A DNA stretch of 64,000 bases from NCBI GenBank assembly GCA_977018835.1, contig OZ361257.1, forward strand, positions 496,001-560,000, read 5' to 3'. Numbering within the stretch: position 1 is the first letter of the stretch; each line of letters begins with the position of its first letter. The notes below the pieces were generated by a model, which was not told the DNA's origin, searched no databases, and saw nothing but the letters and a program-made list of their open reading frames with translations. This document shows positions 1-10,700 of the stretch, in pieces. Position numbers and translations under genes: made by a program. Source of the DNA: Minutocellus sp. GHC0000111 (lineage: Eukaryota).

Positions 1-414
1 CAAATGTGCGAAAAATGTTTTGCGATCCGAGAGGAGTGATCGATCGGACAATTTTGGGGAGGTTATAGCTATAGAAGCCGAGGTAGCCAATATGCGAGTG
101 TCTTTGGCAGGAGTGTTGGGTTGATTGCTATTGGATGGGCGTCCAGTACACGTCGCATTACCACCGGCCATAAGTTTTGGCCGTGCGGTATCAACGCTCG
201 CTTGTTTCGAGCATATGACGCGCTGGTCGCCTGCGAGGGCGCTTCCGCCGATCCAACCGACCCATCCCTCGACAGAAGGGCACGGTTGCTTCATAATGGA
301 CAATATCTTGCCTTGAGAAGAAAAGGATGAACGAGAGATGGCCTCGTATCTTCTCCGTTCTTCCTCAAGTGTGGCCCTCCTTTTGCTTGCTGAACCTGGA
401 AAATGGTCTAACCG
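1..414 (-). CDS. Possible partial CDS of unknown function running off the window start
   Basis: Stop-free minus-strand frame from 414 to 1 (RLDHFPGSASKRRATLEEERRRYEA...). No recognisable domain. Confidence 0.25.
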
Positions 415-642
415 TCATCGGGTAAGATGATTTCAGTAACTACGAGGTCCGGGACAGCAATTTCGGGGACCCGGTTTTTTGGGTCTTTGGACTTTCCGAC
501 ACGGCGGTTTGCGCGCACCTTGAAAAACACGCGGCAAAGCAAGCAAATCAAAACACATCCGTCAACAACCGACCTCCAAGCAATTACCACAAATAGACTG
601 GGCAACTTCTGCCGACTGGCGCTTCAAGAAGCTTCCATACTC

Positions 643-1779
643 ATGGATACTCCAAAGGGACACATCTTCAGTCCACCGCGTCCACCGAAACGCGCCGAGG
701 CGACTGCATTCAGCCCCTCGCGCCATGAGAAGGAAACTTCCAACGAAACGCCGGAACATCCGCGGTATCGAGAGAACAAGGACAACGATGACGAGGAGGA
801 CAACCAAGGGGTCCCACCGGCATCGTCAGACCTCACATCTCCTCGTGTGTTGAAATATCGACGCGAGTACAACGAAGAGGATGGCTTCGCCGCCGAACAA
901 GCCCAAGCAAGGAAGTACTTGCATCATGACATATTGCGTGCCGACTTTCGCGGTACCGCTACCGTTTCATCTCATTCTGATGAAGATGATTCATTCTCAG
1001 AGATGAGCATAGCAACCGCCGACGCAAAGCCAAGCGGCGAGAGGAGAAAGCCCGTGAGCTCATTCGACCTTCCCTCCGCCACGCCCATGGTAACAAGTCC
1101 AATGTCAGTTCATACTCAGTATGCTCTTACCCCAAGCCGCTCATGCCCGTCGTTCAGCAACCTTCAATTGTCATCCCCTACCATCTTGGAGCCCTTGCCT
1201 CCAACCGAACCAACCGAACGACAGATTGAACGAGAGGTTGAGGAACATCGGAGGCTTGCGTGCTTTTTGACGTACGGAGAAGCACCACTACCACAAGAAA
1301 TAAAGAACTACAAGTCACCCACATGTAGTCAGAGGCCCGAACCAAGAAGAAAAGAGAAAGGGGTCTACCTCCCCTTCAAACAAGTTCCTGGTTGGGGTAG
1401 CGAGGTCGCGGTCACCACAGTGCTAGGCATGATCGAAGTCGATCGCCAAGTAAGAGAGGGTCGTGGTGCCTACCCGAAAGGGTGGAGAAGCAGAGAACTC
1501 GGATTGTATGATAACAAGACAATAGAATTCTCTATTGCATTATCTACTGACAAGATTGCATTAGATGCATATAAGTTGGGATATGAGGATGGGAGTAGAC
1601 AACCAACTGCTCACCCTGCCCTCACTGACAATAAACTTGCCGATGCATATGGTGTGAAGCGCGGAAAGATTCGTCAGTCCCTCCACGCTGTGTGGCTTTC
1701 TAATGATCATAAGAAGGCCAAGGAGGCAAAAAAGAATACCGGTAGAAATAGAAGAACAAAGAAGCCCACCGTGACATAA
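643..1779 (+). CDS. Transposon-borne ORF of unknown function (S/P-rich and acidic N-half, basic C-terminus)
   Basis: Open frame 427-1779; first ATG inside the TIR is at 643 (MDTPKGH). Convergent with the transposase. Confidence 0.6.
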   Translation: MDTPKGHIFSPPRPPKRAEATAFSPSRHEKETSNETPEHPRYRENKDNDDEEDNQGVPPASSDLTSPRVLKYRREYNEEDGFAAEQAQARKYLHHDILRADFRGTATVSSHSDEDDSFSEMSIATADAKPSGERRKPVSSFDLPSATPMVTSPMSVHTQYALTPSRSCPSFSNLQLSSPTILEPLPPTEPTERQIEREVEEHRRLACFLTYGEAPLPQEIKNYKSPTCSQRPEPRRKEKGVYLPFKQVPGWGSEVAVTTVLGMIEVDRQVREGRGAYPKGWRSRELGLYDNKTIEFSIALSTDKIALDAYKLGYEDGSRQPTAHPALTDNKLADAYGVKRGKIRQSLHAVWLSNDHKKAKEAKKNTGRNRRTKKPTVT

Positions 1780-1872
1780 ACAAACCAATGCTGCTGCATC
1801 TTACATGTAGATCTATAAATAATTTGTAGACGTGTAACATTTATAATACATGTGTAAAGACATTAACACTAT

Positions 1873-3516
1873 CTATTTATTAGAAGGATGACGAGCTGAG
1901 GGCTCCATCCCCTTGGCCGTTTCGTTGAAGTCGATCCTAATTCCAGTGTGCAAGTTTTCGTCACCCAACCTTCCAACAAACTCATTGCTACCACCGGGCT
2001 TAATCACCAGGCCCATTATCCTCCAGTACTGAATGAAGGCCGAAGCAATTTTGCAGTTAGGCATGCTATCGTAAACGTCCTCGGCAGTGTCCCAGATCTG
2101 GTCGGTGGAAATGACGGAGGTGCCTACCATTTTTCGTGCCCATTCCGAGTGCCGCCGGCTCATCGCGGGGAACACGCTCAAGTCAAGGACGTTGGCGTGA
2201 GGCATCTGCGGTGCCTGTGGCTGCGACGTCCAGCCTTGCTCAGCACAGAAGTTAGTAACAAATTGCGTGAAGGTTCCGTCCTCGTGAGGCCCGGCCTGGT
2301 CGCCCTGGATAATAACATGGCAATCTTCGTGTTGCTTGCCCGGACCGACAAGGTTGAGAATCGCTGGGAAAATAGTCTCCTTGAATACGAGGAGCAAAGA
2401 GCATTTCGGATCCTTTTTGGTGCCTTCGTTCGATCCAGTAACGCAACAATCAACAAGAAACGACTCTCCTTTCCGGCGAAGAGGTTCCTTTGGTGTCCCA
2501 TCGGGGTTGGTATTTGGGTACCGTATTGAACCATCAGGCTGTGATACTGCTTCGTACTGAGCTCGCTCCGCTATTTTAGGAGCTTGAGCTCGTACCAGTG
2601 GCAGTTTTACAACCTCGCACCCACTCTCAAGAGAACCGTCAAAGACAGCGGCAACAAATGCAATGGCCATGACCTTGTTGATGTGGCTCCTGTGAAAGGC
2701 CGCGTAATCTCGCTTTTTCACGCCGATTTCCTCGCAAGCCTTCGCAAAAGCTCGGAGGACGAGACCCCAGAACCATTTCTCATCGTAATGCACGAGGAGA
2801 ACTCGCTTCTTTCCATTCGGTAAATTGCCGTTCTCTTCCTTCATTTTGTTCCTTTTCTTCTCGGCATCGGCCATGGCCTTTTCATCCTTCCGCTTTTCTT
2901 GTTTCAAGGTATCCCTTAGCCCTTTCAAAGCCTCCTCTGCAGCTTTGTGTTGCGCTTCGGCCTCAACCAGCAGCACATCCAAATTCTCCTCGGTCGATCC
3001 ACCAGAATTGGCGGTGCCGGTAGCAGAAACACCGACACTGGCAGGATTGCCAGATTCTTCACTGTTGCCGCTTCCATCCACCACCATGGACTCGGCGATG
3101 CCCCCAGCTTCGATATTATCATCACCAGGACGAGCAGCGATACCAGCATTGTCCTCGACCGTCGGCTCAGGGCTGGCATCGGCGTTGTTGGATGACGAAT
3201 TGCGCCGAGCAATTTGAATTTGAGAAATCGGCACATCTTGTGCCGGATCAGGACCGGTCTGGCTCGGACAGCACAGCTCCTCCTCTCGGGCTTGCTCCAT
3301 AATATCCTGCTGTTTCTGAAGTGAGAGGCCCGCCCATGCCCGGTTCGCTATGGTCTGGATCATCCCAGGAGACTTGCCACGAATCTTAGAGGCATCGATG
3401 GTGCCGCTCCGATGGACAAAATAATCAAAGCATGGGATGGAGCTGCCGGACCGACGGGAGCGGCGACATGCTGGCGCATCAGCTGCGGTGGCAGCAGTAG
3501 TAACAGCCATTTGCAT
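1873..3516 (-). CDS. Mariner-like DDD transposase (DD38D), with HMG-box-like and coiled-coil N-terminus
   Basis: Motifs VHYDEKWFW, IIQGDQAGPH and QAPQMPHANVLDLSVFPAM correspond to DEKWF / QQDNAxPH / PPNSPDLNVLDLG of plant/oomycete-type mariners. I count 38 residues between the 2nd and 3rd Asp. Confidence 0.85.
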   Translation of the reverse strand: MQMAVTTAATAADAPACRRSRRSGSSIPCFDYFVHRSGTIDASKIRGKSPGMIQTIANRAWAGLSLQKQQDIMEQAREEELCCPSQTGPDPAQDVPISQIQIARRNSSSNNADASPEPTVEDNAGIAARPGDDNIEAGGIAESMVVDGSGNSEESGNPASVGVSATGTANSGGSTEENLDVLLVEAEAQHKAAEEALKGLRDTLKQEKRKDEKAMADAEKKRNKMKEENGNLPNGKKRVLLVHYDEKWFWGLVLRAFAKACEEIGVKKRDYAAFHRSHINKVMAIAFVAAVFDGSLESGCEVVKLPLVRAQAPKIAERAQYEAVSQPDGSIRYPNTNPDGTPKEPLRRKGESFLVDCCVTGSNEGTKKDPKCSLLLVFKETIFPAILNLVGPGKQHEDCHVIIQGDQAGPHEDGTFTQFVTNFCAEQGWTSQPQAPQMPHANVLDLSVFPAMSRRHSEWARKMVGTSVISTDQIWDTAEDVYDSMPNCKIASAFIQYWRIMGLVIKPGGSNEFVGRLGDENLHTGIRIDFNETAKGMEPSARHPSNK

Positions 3517-4096
3517 TAATATGGTGTTGGATGCAGTGTTTTGTGGCAGCAGAGCAACAGTTTGTATGTCGGGTGGGTTGGAAATGAGGAAGGTTTCATT
3601 GAGTGGCGGGCGCGCCGGGCGGGTGATGATTTTTTTGGCCCGCTCGATTTTGGCGCGGGGTCACCCGGACCGCACAAGATGCGCCACCATGGGGACCATG
3701 GAGACCGACATCGGAGCTCAAACCACATGGCTACTTGAATCAATGCATTTGGGAGGTGGTGGTGGGGTCGGGAGGTGGAGGAGGTGACCGGTTGTCATCG
3801 GAAAAACTGGCAGAAGTCGGGAGGGGCGATGGATGGGGTGAATCGGCCAGACGCTGGCATGGGAAGATGAAATCGACATCTCCGAGTCGGTCCAAGGTCA
3901 AGGACCAACCCGTTCTGGAGACACCACGCTTGTCCCTTGCGTGAAGCGGATGCCGTCGGCACTGCCGTCACCGCCATCTTGAAGACAGGACGATGGCAAA
4001 CAAATGCTGCTTGCTGCGTGCGTTTGTGCTGACTTTTATGAGATTTTGCCCAAAGACCCGAAAACCGGGTCCCTGAAACTGCTGTCCGCAACCTTG

Positions 4097-4562
4097 TAAT
4101 GGCGAAACGCTCCTCGAGGCGCATCACCTTGGAGAAGCACCCCCCATGCTCGTTGTGGGGATCCTTGCCCCAGCATCCGGCGGCAGGTCCAAGGTAAGTG
4201 CCTTGGTGTCCCTTCTGGCAGATGTTTTCACGACAAGCGAAGCATTGGTCGCACCCGAGGCAAGAGTCGCGGCACCAAAAGATGCCGACGGTGTCACCGA
4301 CCTTGAGGACGCGGACGGAATCGCCGACCTTCCGCACAGTGGCAATGCCCTCGTGGCCAAGAACAAGAGGGTGGTTGGATGTTCCCCAATCGTTGTCGCG
4401 CATGTGGATGTCGGTGTGGCAAAGGCCGCAGCAAGTCACGTCGACTTCCACCTGCGTGGCCTTGAGGGCGGGCAGCGCAATGGTCTTGAGAACGAGCTTC
4501 TCGCCTTTGCCACCACAGACGCAGCAGGCTTCGGTTTCGAGAGGACCGTTGTCGGACGACAT
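4097..4562 (-). pseudogene. 5' half of a Zn-dependent (cinnamyl-type, MDR family) alcohol dehydrogenase, truncated at the transposon TIR
   Basis: CGLCHTD, PLVLGHEG, VGDTVG and the structural-Zn CxxCxxCx7C are present. Homology ends at ERFAI exactly at the TA of the right TIR. The Rossmann domain is absent. Confidence 0.85.
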
Positions 4563-4700
4563 TGTCTTTGAATTTGATTGGCGAATTTGATGCAAAATGG
4601 AAAAGACATGCAAAGATTGAAGAGAGGCGCTTCGCTTTTTTTCGAGAGGTTCCTTTTGTGTGCTGCCAAAGATCCACCCAAAGATCTGCCTAGCTAGGCA

Positions 4701-5619
4701 CAGCTGGACAGAAAAAAAACCTCGCTGTGGTAGAAATGCGTAGTTTCGATTTTTTTTAATACTAGAAAGATCCTTTACCTGTCCGAAATATTTGACTAGT
4801 TCGACTCACACCACACCTGCTTTACGCTTCATTTTCCGAAGACCACCATGGTGTCAACTTTCAGCAGGCAAGCAGGCAATCACAAACATCTCTCTGCCCC
4901 ACAGATCGCGCTGTGTTGTCGTAGAACCGCTTTTCTTTAGCGCATCTGTCCATTTGCAGCACGCGAATCGGTCTGCGAAACGAAAAATTTGGAAGCACAA
5001 GAAACGCAGACGATCAATGTGTCGAACCTACAAGATGAAGCCCGACAAGGAAGGACCCGCCGGGCAAACGACAAGTCAATGGGGAGGTTGGTCTGCTGCA
5101 GCGATGTTTCGCCCAAGTGGGATTGAGGCTCAAAGCAGGAAGGCCTGTTTGTCACATGTGGACGTCCATATAGGACGTCCAGTTGCGACATTTCATTCAG
5201 TTTCTTCTCTGTTGTCACAGCTTGCTTAGATTTTAGCCTGCCTTGAGCTGGGATCTTTGGCAGGTGCCTGCAAACCTTGGTCAAGGTAACCCGGATGCCA
5301 GAGCCGAGACTCCGTCAATTTTCGTCTGCTTTGGGCACGTCGCGGAAATTTGGCGACGACAGCCTTCTTAGAAGTCGATTCTAGCGGCAGGTCCTCCGCC
5401 AAAACATCGGCCAACACACACACTAAGACAATGACACGACGACCTGCCGCTAGATGTCACTTGCGAAGAACTTTTACGCAGGCCGAAGTCAAGGGATGGT
5501 TTTGCCTTGCTTCTGCCGTGTTGAAATGGGTGTGCGAGAAGCGATTATTTTAGAAAAACGGTCTGTCCGTCGCATTAGCACCAGGCCTACGACAGCTTTC
5601 AAAAAATTCTGTCCAGCTG
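4701..5619. mobile_element. Non-autonomous TIR element (MITE-like, 919 bp)
   Basis: Ends CAGCTGGACAGAA (4701-4713) and TTCTGTCCAGCTG (5607-5619) are a perfect 13-bp inverted repeat. After a 10-nt spacer there is a second 9/10 match (GCTGTGGTAG vs GCTGTCGTAG). Flanks are CA (4699-4700) and TA (5620-5621). No convincing ORF. Confidence 0.7.
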
Positions 5620-6022
5620 TACGAGCTCGTACACGTACTAGTATTGCCTCTGCTACTTTCTCAGCTTTTGGCGCTATTTGCTATTTTTCGAGGGGCGAAC
5701 ACTCCTTAATCGAAGCTTTTTGTTTGCCTTAGCCTCAACTATTGAATTAGAGGAGTACTTATAAATTTTGTTGCTTCGCTGAACACTCGAACATCTCCGA
5801 GGGTCAATGTCAATGTCAATGTCAATGCAATAAGTTGCAATAGCTAGATCTAAGTACATGTAGATCTAGCGCTTTAAGCATGCTCCAGGAATCCAATTAC
5901 CAGTCTGTCAACAACATCATCGAGACTCTAGACTCTACATGTAGGAATTTTATATTCCTACCGGTACGTTTTTTTCATGTACCGGTAGCAACAATGAATT
6001 TTTTATTTGTGAAGCAGCATCA

Positions 6023-6098
6023 ATGAAAAACAGATCGTTCTAGAGTCTCTCCACATGCTATGAAAAATAGATCGTTCTAGTCTCTCCATATACTATGA
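6023..6098. repeat. Imperfect ~36-bp tandem duplication
   Basis: ATGAAAAACAGATCGTTCTAGAGTCTCTCCACATGCT followed by ATGAAAAATAGATCGTTCTAGTCTCTCCATATACT. Confidence 0.8.
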
Positions 6099-6200
6099 AC
6101 ACGTTTATGAATGTGTATATGTGTGTGTGTGTGCGTGTACACAATCTTCTTTGCTGATTTGTAAAATATACATATATATATATACCGGTATTCATAGTGA

Positions 6201-7226
6201 TCAAGATAGCTTTGGCCGCACGGCCTTGGTTAGCAGCTTGCGAAGCGTTTTGATGGACTCGTCAGTACACAGACTCAAGCTCGGCAGCCCCAATACCTTT
6301 TCAACCATTTCTGCTCCGGGCTCGGTGCTTGTAGCAATTCCAGTGACCAAATCAACCTTTACACCAAAGTTGGTTTTAGCTCCAACCGCGGCGTACGGGT
6401 CTGATGCACACAGGACAATGAATTCTGCTCTCGAGCCCATCTCTTCCAGAGCAAGATTTCCATTATAAGGTTCAAACGGCGACGCGCCCACTTCGGCTAC
6501 GACAACATCTGGAGACTGAGCACTGATCATCGAGAGCAAAACACTCAGGGACTCCTTGTATTGTTCCGCTGGTACGATTGAAGAGGGCAGTCCAGCATCG
6601 ACAAAATCAAACACTGCATCGGCCCCAGCATCATTCATGCTTAAGATGTCACTGTAGCACCCGGCGCCAGCCAACTTTGCTGCCACGACGTTTGGGATGC
6701 CCATGTCCTTTAGCAACCGAATGATAACCCTTCCAGCAGTCGTTTTTCCACTACTCATGGATGTCCCAATAATCATGATCGTGGGGCATACATAAGTAGG
6801 TATGTTTTGAGGCGTGACAACAAAGTCGCTCATGCATACCTTTGCCCCATCTCGAATGACATGACCAACGTACTCGTAGCGTGGGTGAGGTTCGGCGGTC
6901 GTCGCCCTCGACGTTTCCTTGCCAAACAAGCCTGCGTGCGTAAGGTCCTCCATCAGTCCATCGGGTCCGATGGCGTTCCAATCCCCCGTGGCCTCCAGTG
7001 TAGCTCGACGGACGCCGAGCGTTCCTACGAGTAAATCGCCGGGGAGGATGCGAGCATGACGGCCCGATGTATTTTCCACCCATTCGTTATCGGTGCTTAC
7101 TCCGCAATACTTTCCAACGACGTAATCACCCGTCGCCCACTGATCACGTTTGAGAGGATGGGCGGTGAAGGGATTGACCTGCAGGTCGCTCGTCCTCGTC
7201 AGCGATCCGAACTTGTAATGGCGCAT
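6201..7226 (-). CDS. DUF1611-like P-loop protein, prokaryotic type
   Basis: Intronless, 341 aa. Walker A IIGTSMSSGKTT, plus KLAGAG, DFVDAGLPS and AEVGASPFEPYNG motifs I recognise from bacterial/archaeal DUF1611-like proteins. Confidence 0.7.
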   Translation of the reverse strand: MRHYKFGSLTRTSDLQVNPFTAHPLKRDQWATGDYVVGKYCGVSTDNEWVENTSGRHARILPGDLLVGTLGVRRATLEATGDWNAIGPDGLMEDLTHAGLFGKETSRATTAEPHPRYEYVGHVIRDGAKVCMSDFVVTPQNIPTYVCPTIMIIGTSMSSGKTTAGRVIIRLLKDMGIPNVVAAKLAGAGCYSDILSMNDAGADAVFDFVDAGLPSSIVPAEQYKESLSVLLSMISAQSPDVVVAEVGASPFEPYNGNLALEEMGSRAEFIVLCASDPYAAVGAKTNFGVKVDLVTGIATSTEPGAEMVEKVLGLPSLSLCTDESIKTLRKLLTKAVRPKLS

Positions 7227-7785
7227 GTCGTTCTTGTGTGTGTTGTTGCGTTGTCGAAGATACGATGTAATTGATAGTGGTGTGAATCTTTACTGTAATG
7301 CTTCTCTTGTGCTTTGGTATTTGACATCATCAAGTAGAACTAATCGCCACTCTTGCGCATTTTCGGAACGAGGTGCAGAGGTGCTGGCCTTCTGCCCGCC
7401 TTGCGCGTGCTGATGTGACAGCTTTTCATGCGTGCCGGGCTTCTCTTCGGCGGTGGTGCGTGTCACCCGATCGGGTCATCCAAATCAATTAACCTCAGCT
7501 TCTCCACAAATACGAATGCTAGCAAAACCCTTGCCAATATTCAACGCTCGAGACGATCGAGCACCTTGCTTGGATCAACTCATTCGCCCTCCGGTCTCTC
7601 ATTCTCGCCCCAAATTCACCCAATACGCTCATGCACATGAGTATTGGAAAATTTTACTACATCTCATTGCGTCCAATTTTCTATTGACTCTTGACAGTGC
7701 TTTCCAAGTAATTGCAAAATATAAGCATCAAAACACTGACCCCATCCATCACGACCTATCCAACTCAGTTAGACACGCGTAGCCA

Positions 7786-10700
7786 ATGATGTTCACGAGC
7801 AACCAATGGGTCCTGGGACTGGTACTCTTGCAGCAAGCTTCACTGGCCATAAGTTCGTCCCATGGCGTTGGTGATAACGCTGCCTCATTTTCTACCCCTG
7901 GCGTTGCCGCAAATCTGCCCCGTCGTAGAAAAATCACTAATCGAGCACGCCGATCGGCAGACGACGGCGGCCAACACAACCACAATCGAGATCTTGGCAT
8001 TGGCAGCCACGCGACTGTCATATCCGACGCTATTCAGACTATGAAGAAAATCAATCGTATTTACCCAACAACTTGAGGTGGGGTTGGTGGTGGAGGCGGC
8101 GGAACGGGCGAAGATGCTATTTTAGAAATCGAAATGTTCCCAGATGCGAGGAACGACGCCGGCAAGGGAAAGGGGAAGGGTGGTAGCAAGGCTCCAAAGG
8201 CCAGTAAAGCACCGACTGCAAGTAAAGCACCCAAAGCCAGCAAGGCTCCAACAGTGAGCAAAGCACCGAAGGCGGCGTGTAGTGGAAAGGGTAAAGGCAG
8301 CAGCAGGAGTGGAACGAAGGTGAGCATGTTTGATGTGTGTGTTGTGCTGACCGAAACTGTTGTACAAAACAGTACCACACTTACTTATTTCCCATATCGC
8401 ATTTGCAACCCCACTTCCAACACGTAACAGGCTCCCAAGGCAATATCATCGTCTTCAAGAGGGAGCAAGGCCCCAAAAGCCTCCATACGATGCACCGAAG
8501 AACCGTCGATGCAGCCTTCATCCGAGCCATCTGCTGATCCCTCGATGGAACCTTCCGCATTGCCATCGATGGTTCCTTCCACATTGCCGTCGAAAGTTCC
8601 GACCAAGCCACCATCTGTTACTAGAGAAGATAACGGGTTCCAGATTGGCACTGGCGCTGGAGCAAATGGTAGCACAGAGGAGAAAGAGATGGATTCTGTT
8701 GGCGATAGTAACGAAGAATTTGCATCTGGTGGACTTCCAGCTGAAAGTAAGGATGACATGAACAATCCCGATGAAGAGGGTAGATGTGGATACGATGATT
8801 CCAACGACATCATTCCCTGCCCGAATGATTCTCCGTGCTGTGGTGCCTCGGGCTATTGTGGAGGTGGTTCTCTCTTTTGTGGAAGTGGTTGCCTATATGG
8901 TGCCTGCTGGGACGAAGAGAGCAAGGACAATGCCCCACCTCCCATGTGCGGTTGGCAAGCCAATGGAGCCACATGTGAGAATGACCTTTGCTGTTCGGAA
9001 GATGGTTATTGTGGAGACTCGCACGAGTACTGCAGCATGGGCTGCCAAAGTGGTGCATGCTATGCCCACCACGGCGAGAACATAATGCCGGCAGATCCCG
9101 AAGCTGGCGAAGGGAAAGAAAATACCGGCGGAGACGACGAAAGTAAAGGTGAGGTCACATCACCGCCAATATGTGGCTGGCAGGCCGGCGATGCAATCTG
9201 TCCGAACGAAACGTGCTGCTCATCGCATGGATATTGTGGAACTGGTGTGGATTATTGCGGAATGGGCTGCCAAAATGGCGAGTGTTACGAAAATCACCAT
9301 GGCGATAGTGTCATGCCCAAGGCCCCGAAGAAGGCCATGGCAGTGACCCTTCGTCTTCATCCGGTATGTGTCTTACTGATACCATGTCTGGGACAAAGTA
9401 CTGCGAGGATCCAACACATTGCTGTAGCATCCATAATTACTGCGGACCAGGAGATGACGCCAACTACTGCGATGCCCAAAACTGTCAGGGGGGGGCTTGT
9501 TGGACATCTGACACCGGTGGTAATGAGCCGGCAACAGGAGGCGAACAAGAGGAAATGAGCCAGGCAGACACCGAAATCACAAAAGACATTCATCACGGCA
9601 CAGGATTTGGCGACGGCGTCGGTATGTATGCTGTCTGCCTTGACCCGGAGGAAAGCATTTCTAACGATGAACTGCGATTGTCGGTGGATAGCGAGGTGAT
9701 TGTGAGCTACCAACACGCTCTCAACACAGAGCCCGACGCGGATCTCGACGAGGTTCTTACACTCGCTGAGCTTCAATTGCATAATCTTCTCATTGAAGAA
9801 AAGATGGATTGCTCTCAGGTTGGGCGACGCAAGCTTCAGGGCCAATTTGAGACACAATGCTACCCGGAAGCCGTCGTTTCTTCTCCTGGAGAGGTTGAGG
9901 TGTCGAATACAGTTTGCCAAGAAAGCGAAGCTCTCGAGGGCAAGAATTGTCACATAATAGACGGCGGTTTTGGCTTGTTCCTGGGCAGCGAGGGAGGCTG
10001 CAGTGTGTTTGCCGACGATGAGATTAGACAACAATACTTGATGTGGGTGAGGGACAAGATGACCGAAGAATCCAGAACTTCTGGGGTCCCAGTCGCTATA
10101 GAAAATGTTCCAGGAGCTGCGGGGGTAGTTTTCCGCGGTGCAAGAAGCGACACGTATCGCCAGCCGAGCGTTGGAGGTAGCGTCAGTGGGTTCAAATCTT
10201 TCACTACAGGCCAGGGCGAAGATGATAACAGCATCTCCTCGCTTGGTGGTAAGTGCACTTTGCATTTATTTTATCAGGGCATCAAATTGCGTGCTATCTT
10301 GTAAAGAGCCTATGAAGCTGACCCTCCTACCTTTTCTCATCTCTCATATTATCTCATTTTCATATTTTCCTTGCTTCCTGCAGGATTCTTCATTGGCTTC
10401 ATTTGTGCCGGAACTGTTGCCATTGCTTATTTGGTGACTAAGGCAGTACGGGAAAGGAGAAGAAAGCCCGATGAAGACGAAGAATTCATGCTTGAGAAGC
10501 AGGAGAGCAAAGACTTGAATCTGTTTGACTTAGAGGGAGATGTCAATACCAGCACGGGTAGCAGTTCGATCGAACAACCCGACGGTGTCCTCCCAAGTCC
10601 CACGGCCTCCAACACTGGCGTCAAATTTCTTCCGGTGGACGACGAATATTACAATTTCGACCACGACTATGGCATCGACACGCGTCGCATTGGTGCCGAT

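Larger units (their letters stand above)
443..4096 (-). mobile_element. Tc1/mariner-superfamily DNA transposon with two ORFs and imperfect ~48-bp TIRs, TA on both sides
   Basis: Left end 443-490 CGAGGTCCGGGACAGCAATTTCGGGGACCCGGTTTTTTGGGTCTTTGG matches the reverse complement of 4050-4096 CAAGGTTGCGGACAGCAGTTTCAGGGACCCGGTTTTCGGGTCTTTGG at 40/48. TA at 441-442 and 4097-4098. Contains a mariner-type transposase. Confidence 0.85.

Noticed and set aside
3795..4096. C-terminal part of the 272-aa ADH ORF
   Set aside because: Read-through into the transposon TIR; not ADH sequence.
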